Of a stretch of 32,174 nt of DNA, positions 31,831-32,174 are shown piece by piece; the stretch's first letter is position 1, and each line of letters opens with the position of its first letter. Source of the stretch: Candidatus Anstonellaceae archaeon (GTDB taxonomy: Archaea; Micrarchaeota; Micrarchaeia; Anstonellales; Anstonellaceae); contig JBKBMW010000002.1 of NCBI GenBank assembly GCA_046295675.1, positions 1 to 32,174 of the forward strand. The letters run 5' to 3'. A program made the position numbers and the translations under genes. A model generated the notes under the pieces. It searched no databases. It was given only the letters and a program-made list of their open reading frames with translations, and was not told where the DNA came from.

Positions 31831-31857
31831 AAAAATCTTTTTTTCTTTATTATCTTT

Positions 31858-32174
31858 ATGTCGCAGAGCCAGGATTCTTATTTATTAGCTATTGATTCTC
31901 TTTTAGAAAAAAACATAGTGGCTAAAATCTCTGATATTGCAGAAGAACTTAAGGTTAAACCTTCTTCTGTTTCAGACATGCTTTCAAAACTTCAAAAAAA
32001 TGATTTGGTAATATATCAAAAATATAAGGGAGTAAAATTAACCAAAAAAGGAAAAGAAAAAATAAAAAAAATAAAATTTAAAACTGCTCTTTTTGTAGAA
32101 TTTTTTAAGCAATTAGATATCCCGGAAAAGTTTGCATATGCTGATGCAAAATTGCTGGAAGCTTATCTTTCTCC
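31858..32174 (+). CDS. DtxR/MntR-family metal-dependent transcriptional regulator, N-terminal part; the 3' end lies outside the window.
   Basis: MSQSQDSYLLAIDSLLEKNIVAKISDIAEELKVKPSSVSDMLSKLQKNDLVIYQKYKGVKLTKKGKE has the typical DtxR winged-HTH layout (DYL..I, IA..L.V.PSSV..ML.KL...GLV.Y..Y.GV.LT..G). Confidence 0.8.
   Translation, partial: MSQSQDSYLLAIDSLLEKNIVAKISDIAEELKVKPSSVSDMLSKLQKNDLVIYQKYKGVKLTKKGKEKIKKIKFKTALFVEFFKQLDIPEKFAYADAKLLEAYLS

Overview
AT-rich (roughly 30% G+C by eye), tightly packed archaeal fragment. The archaeal assignment rests on the two-subunit family D DNA polymerase (DP1 and DP2), archaeal-type Pth2, a UPF0147 protein and a stand-alone TRAM protein. The small intergenic spaces and sparse biosynthetic content suggest a DPANN-like reduced genome, but that is inference only. 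The window has two parts. (1) Bases 1-16842 form one co-directional, stop-start-coupled gene train with no recognisable enzymes. It holds the tail of a Lys/Glu-rich protein, a 185-aa helical protein, six clearly paralogous polytopic membrane proteins (called P1-P6 here) and a terminal 1335-aa cysteine-rich lipoprotein (P7). P1-P6 share three sequence blocks. P3 carries a ~1000-aa ectodomain with about 74 cysteines, and P5 carries a ~690-aa Pro-rich N-terminal ectodomain. I recognise no characterised family here and propose a hetero-oligomeric membrane platform displaying giant disulfide- or metal-stabilised ectodomains, possibly a cell-cell or host-contact apparatus. (2) Bases 16843-32174 are mostly housekeeping genes: UPF0147, polD DP1/DP2 (ATGA overlap), HAD-IIA phosphatase, glmS, a TRAM protein, an IGPS-like TIM barrel, glycogen debranching enzyme, pth2 and a NurA-like nuclease. 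Several oddities sit among them. There is an unlisted 40-codon hyper-acidic ORF with three EEFDED repeats. A Lys/Glu-rich protein with a His2Cys5 cluster is paired with a CxxCxxxC protein. These two diverge from a DtxR-family regulator whose promoter carries nested TTAGGC/GCCTAA inverted repeats. I saw no rRNA, tRNA, CRISPR array, transposase or integrase.
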